Origin: Anaerolineales bacterium
GTDB lineage: Bacteria > Chloroflexota > Anaerolineae > Anaerolineales > UBA11579
Length of the DNA: 32,845 nt
Direction: 5' to 3'
Assembly (NCBI GenBank): GCA_037383445.1
Contig: JARROY010000001.1
Location: 1-32,845 of the forward strand
The notes beneath the pieces are model-generated. The model saw only the letters and a program-made list of their open reading frames with translations, searched no databases and was not told where the DNA came from. This document shows positions 29,620-32,845 of this stretch, in pieces; the first letter of the stretch is position 1, and each line of letters opens with the position of its first letter. A program made the position numbers and the translations under genes.

Positions 29620-30255
29620 TTATTCATTTGTCTGAGAAGATATTTCGTCCCAGACTTTGGGCAGCACCTCGGAGATGATTCCATAGTGGAAACCTCTTCT
29701 GGCAAGGAAACCGTTCATCTTTTTTCTAAATTCCTGCCATTCTAGGTTTTCAAAGCGGCGTGCCCTCTTTCGGGCGGCTTTTAATGCCAGGACGCTTTCG
29801 TCTATGTCACTTAGGGCGTCAGCGATTACCTGGTCTTGGATCCCTTTTTGCCGCAGTTCCAACCGAAGCATTTGACTGCCCCTTGGGCGAAATTCTGAGC
29901 GGTTTTCCACCCAGGATTTGGCAAAATTTTGGTCATCCACTAAGCCGCTTCTTTTCAGTCGATCGATAATTTCTTCGATCACTGATTCAGAATGTCCATG
30001 CTTATTAAGGTTCTGTCTTATTTCCTTTTCAGAACGCGCTCGATAGCTGAGGTAATTCATTGCCCGTTGGAGAGCTATCTCAACATCGTCCTGAGAGTGT
30101 AGTTCGGCGATCTTTTCATCGGTGAGTTCCTGACCGGTTTGGAGCCAGCCTGCAACGATTCGAGATAAGCCGAAAGCGAATTCACCGTCTAGGTATACGT
30201 TTACCCGATTTTTGTTGCGTTTTTGCAGTTTGAGTGCGGTGATTTTTTTCGCCAT
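29620..30255 (-). CDS. recX: Recombination regulator RecX
   Basis: 211 aa; N terminus ITALKLQKRNKNRVNVYLDGEFAFGL and repeated three-helix modules; lies downstream of recA. Confidence 0.88.
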   Translation of the reverse strand: MAKKITALKLQKRNKNRVNVYLDGEFAFGLSRIVAGWLQTGQELTDEKIAELHSQDDVEIALQRAMNYLSYRARSEKEIRQNLNKHGHSESVIEEIIDRLKRSGLVDDQNFAKSWVENRSEFRPRGSQMLRLELRQKGIQDQVIADALSDIDESVLALKAARKRARRFENLEWQEFRKKMNGFLARRGFHYGIISEVLPKVWDEISSQTNE

Positions 30256-30277
30256 AACTCACTTTTTAAATCCAAAG

Positions 30278-30303
30278 GCCGTGACGTCCATGCAGGTCAC
30301 GGC
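30278..30303 (-). promoter_or_regulatory. Stem-loop about 20 nt upstream of the recX start (candidate attenuator or partial terminator)
   Basis: gccgtgac/10-nt loop/gtcacggc, perfect 8 bp. On the minus strand it is followed by CTTTGGATTTAAAAAG and then the recX ATG. Confidence 0.4.
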
Positions 30304-30600
30304 TGGTTACGATAACATTCCAAAACAATGTTCTGGACGAATAATGGTACAGGTACTTACCTACGGCAAACCAAACTCGATAGAGTTGCTTTAGCTATTT
30401 TTATGGTTTGATAATTCTTCCCAGACTGTATCCTAATAGAATGTCTAGTGGTTCCTTTATTGTTAGCTATTTTGCCTTAATATTTCGTTTGTCAAGAAGC
30501 ACGAATGCTTCTCTTGGTAATTTCCTGATTATCTTATTATCGTATCAGTCGTGGCCGCAGTGTGTGCAACAGCGGATTGCGGCCGGTCGCTGAGGAGTGG

Positions 30601-31611
30601 CTAATCATCCAACGGCATAAAACCGTCTGAGAGCGCATTTTCTCGGATCGAGAATTCGATCTCCTCAGCTAATTCAGGGGTTTGGCGCAAATATTCTTTG
30701 GTGTTTTCGCGCCCTTGCCCTAATCTTATCTCGCCGTAATTATAAAAAGAGCCGCGTTTGTCAACGATCTGGTACTCAACGGCGAGGTCAAGTATATCTC
30801 CAAACTTGGAGATACCTTCATTATACATTATATCAAATTCTGCTGCACGAAATGGCGCGGCAACTTTGTTTTTTACTACTCGAACTCTTGTGCGGCTGCC
30901 AATGATGTCGCTACCAGCTTTAATCGATTGGATCCGCCTAACATCCAGACGAACAGAGGAATAAAACTTCAAAGCCATTCCCCCTGTGGTTGTCTCAGGA
31001 TTACCGAACATAACCCCGATTTTCTGTCTCAGTTGATTGGTGAAGATTACGGCTGTGTTGGTTTGTTTAATCACCCCAGAGAGCTTGCGCAACGCCTGGG
31101 ACATCAGCCTTGCCTGAACCCCCATGGTGGCATCCCCCATATCTCCTTCCAGTTCCGAACGCGGAACCAGGGCAGCTACAGAGTCGATAACGATCACGTC
31201 CACTGCACCGGAGCGAACCAGGGTTTCAGTAATTTCCAGGGCTTGTTCCCCCATATCGGGCTGTGAGATGAGTAGGTTATCTACATCGACACCACAGCGA
31301 GAAGCGTAAGCCGGGTCCAGCGCGTGTTCCATATCGATAAAGGCGGCAGTTCCCCCCAGTTTTTGGGCTTCAGCAACAATGTGCTGACAGATTGTCGTTT
31401 TCCCGGACGATTCGGGACCAAAGATTTCGGTCACCCGGCCGCGAGGAATTCCTCCAATTCCTAAAGCAAGGTCTAATGATAATGAACCTGTCGGTATAGC
31501 CGCTATGTGTAGGCTGTGTGCCTCTCCGAGGCGCAGAATCGAGCCATCGCCATACCGTTTAGTTATGTCTTTTAGAGCATTTTCTAGTGCTTTGTTTTTG
31601 GCTTCATCCAT
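30601..31611 (-). CDS. recA: Recombinase RecA
   Basis: 336 aa; Walker [21 protein letters not shown]2 region. Confidence 0.98.
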   Translation of the reverse strand: MDEAKNKALENALKDITKRYGDGSILRLGEAHSLHIAAIPTGSLSLDLALGIGGIPRGRVTEIFGPESSGKTTICQHIVAEAQKLGGTAAFIDMEHALDPAYASRCGVDVDNLLISQPDMGEQALEITETLVRSGAVDVIVIDSVAALVPRSELEGDMGDATMGVQARLMSQALRKLSGVIKQTNTAVIFTNQLRQKIGVMFGNPETTTGGMALKFYSSVRLDVRRIQSIKAGSDIIGSRTRVRVVKNKVAAPFRAAEFDIMYNEGISKFGDILDLAVEYQIVDKRGSFYNYGEIRLGQGRENTKEYLRQTPELAEEIEFSIRENALSDGFMPLDD

Positions 31612-31847
31612 GTGCTAAATTCCTTTCTTCGCACAAATACGTTTTTGATTCTAATCGATTCTGAAAAATTGTGAGGAATCCAGTACAGGATGTTATGTCA
31701 ATCAGGGTCAAGTTTATTGCGAGGAGGATTTTCTTTTAATCCATAGCAGGACAAGTGATAATCGTTTATAGTTAAGCCGTTTGATTGGATACGAATTCTC
31801 ATCCAGGTGGTGTTAAAAACCTGAGAAATGAGCCTTGGAGGTAACAA

Positions 31848-32845
31848 GTGAATTTACGAAATGCAGCCTTGGAATATCATCGTCAAGGTGGTAAACCCGG
31901 AAAAATATCGATCCAACCCACGAAACCACTTGAGTCCCAGAGGGATTTGGCCTTGGCGTATTCCCCAGGCGTGGCTGAGCCAGTTTTGGAGATTGACCGG
32001 GACCCAGCCAATGCTTATGAATATACTTCCCGCGGCAATTTGGTGGGAGTGGTTTCGAACGGGACAGCCATCTTAGGGTTGGGCAATCGGGGTGCTTTGG
32101 CTTCGAAGCCTGTTATGGAAGGCAAAGGGGTATTATTTAAGAAATTTGCCGATATTGATGTCTTTGATATTGAGGTAGACAGCCAAGACCCCGAAGAGGT
32201 GATCCGTGTGGTGAGGGCGATCGCTCCCACGTTTGGCGGGATCAATCTTGAGGATATCAAAGCACCAGAGTGTTTTCATATTGAACAAACGCTCAAAGAG
32301 ATGCTGGATATCCCAGTGTTCCACGATGACCAACATGGGACAGCCATCATCACTGCAGCAGGATTGATGAATGCGCTGGATCTTGTGGGAAAGAATATCG
32401 GAGACATCAAATTGGTTGTTTCCGGCGCTGGAGCGGCAGGGCTTTCCTGTGTCCGCATGGCGATGATGATTGGAGTGAAAAAGGAACATATTTTCCTAAG
32501 CGACTACTATGGAGTGGTTTACAAAGGTAGAACTGAGGGGATGAATGATTACCTAGAAGAGTTTGCCCAAGATACCACAGCTAGGAGGTTGGATGAGATT
32601 ATTGAAAATGCAGATGTATTTTACGGGCTTTCTGTTGGGGGTGTGTTAAAACCGGAAATGGTCAAGAAAATGGCGAAAGCCCCGATCATTTTTGCCATGG
32701 CCAATCCTGACCCGGAAATAAATTATGATCTAGCTAAGCAAACACGACCAGATGCAATTGTAGCTACCGGCCGTTCGGATTTTCCCAATCAGGTAAACAA
32801 TGTTTTGGGATTTCCCTTTATCTTCCGGGGAGCATTAGATGTACA
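31848..32845 (+). CDS. NAD(P)-dependent malic enzyme, N-terminal part; 3' end lies outside the window
   Basis: Not in the ORF track because it is open-ended. GTG at 31848 follows GGAGG (31837-31841). Translation: [28 protein letters not shown]...YSPGVAEP...[43 protein letters not shown]...[14 protein letters not shown]...VVSGAGAAG. Confidence 0.9.
   Translation, partial: MNLRNAALEYHRQGGKPGKISIQPTKPLESQRDLALAYSPGVAEPVLEIDRDPANAYEYTSRGNLVGVVSNGTAILGLGNRGALASKPVMEGKGVLFKKFADIDVFDIEVDSQDPEEVIRVVRAIAPTFGGINLEDIKAPECFHIEQTLKEMLDIPVFHDDQHGTAIITAAGLMNALDLVGKNIGDIKLVVSGAGAAGLSCVRMAMMIGVKKEHIFLSDYYGVVYKGRTEGMNDYLEEFAQDTTARRLDEIIENADVFYGLSVGGVLKPEMVKKMAKAPIIFAMANPDPEINYDLAKQTRPDAIVATGRSDFPNQVNNVLGFPFIFRGALDV

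Noticed and set aside
30212-30593. Plus-strand ORFs 30212-30394 (60 aa) and 30408-30593 (61 aa, TTG start) in the recA-recX spacer
   Set aside because: The first overlaps the recX start on the opposite strand. Neither has a ribosome-binding site or a recognisable motif, their composition is that of AT-rich non-coding DNA, and both barely exceed the track's length cut-off.

Overview
Bacterial chromosomal window, roughly 50% G+C by hand-sampled 60-nt lines but clearly heterogeneous. The left about 19.5 kb is one co-directional (+ strand) translation-apparatus supercluster. It runs: 3' end of a SpoU/TrmH methyltransferase gene, a DUF1232 gene, two promoter-like sites, tRNA-Thr(UGU), tRNA-Tyr(GUA), tRNA-Thr(GGU), tuf, the complete S10-spc-alpha series (rpsJ to rplQ, including secY, adk, map, rpmJ, rpoA), truA, rplM, rpsI, and a clean intrinsic terminator. 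The right third holds housekeeping and accessory genes: a frameshifted histidine-phosphatase gene, a YabN-type methylase-MazG fusion, a tightly packed minus-strand tnaA-DUF1684-sensor kinase cluster, an MBL hydrolase plus two DinB-fold genes, minus-strand recA-(345 nt spacer)-recX-rny, and a partial malic enzyme gene. Gene content (RNase Y, YabN fusion, type-Z S14, recA-recX-rny) looks Terrabacteria-like, possibly Chloroflexota, but I cannot verify taxonomy without a search. I saw no CRISPR array, transposase, integrase, phage or recognisable defence genes, and I do not see a convincing new multi-gene system. The points most worth a second look are: (1) a G+C-rich, G3-biased block that ends exactly at the tuf stop codon, together with an EF-Tu that departs from near-invariant motifs; (2) a 223-nt structured spacer between rpsJ and rplC; (3) four back-to-back hairpins in the tRNA-Tyr/tRNA-Thr spacer; (4) the tnaA-DUF1684-orphan kinase arrangement, with a composition step at the kinase; (5) a 345-nt AT-rich structured spacer between recA and recX; (6) a frameshift in the phosphatase gene near homopolymer tracts.
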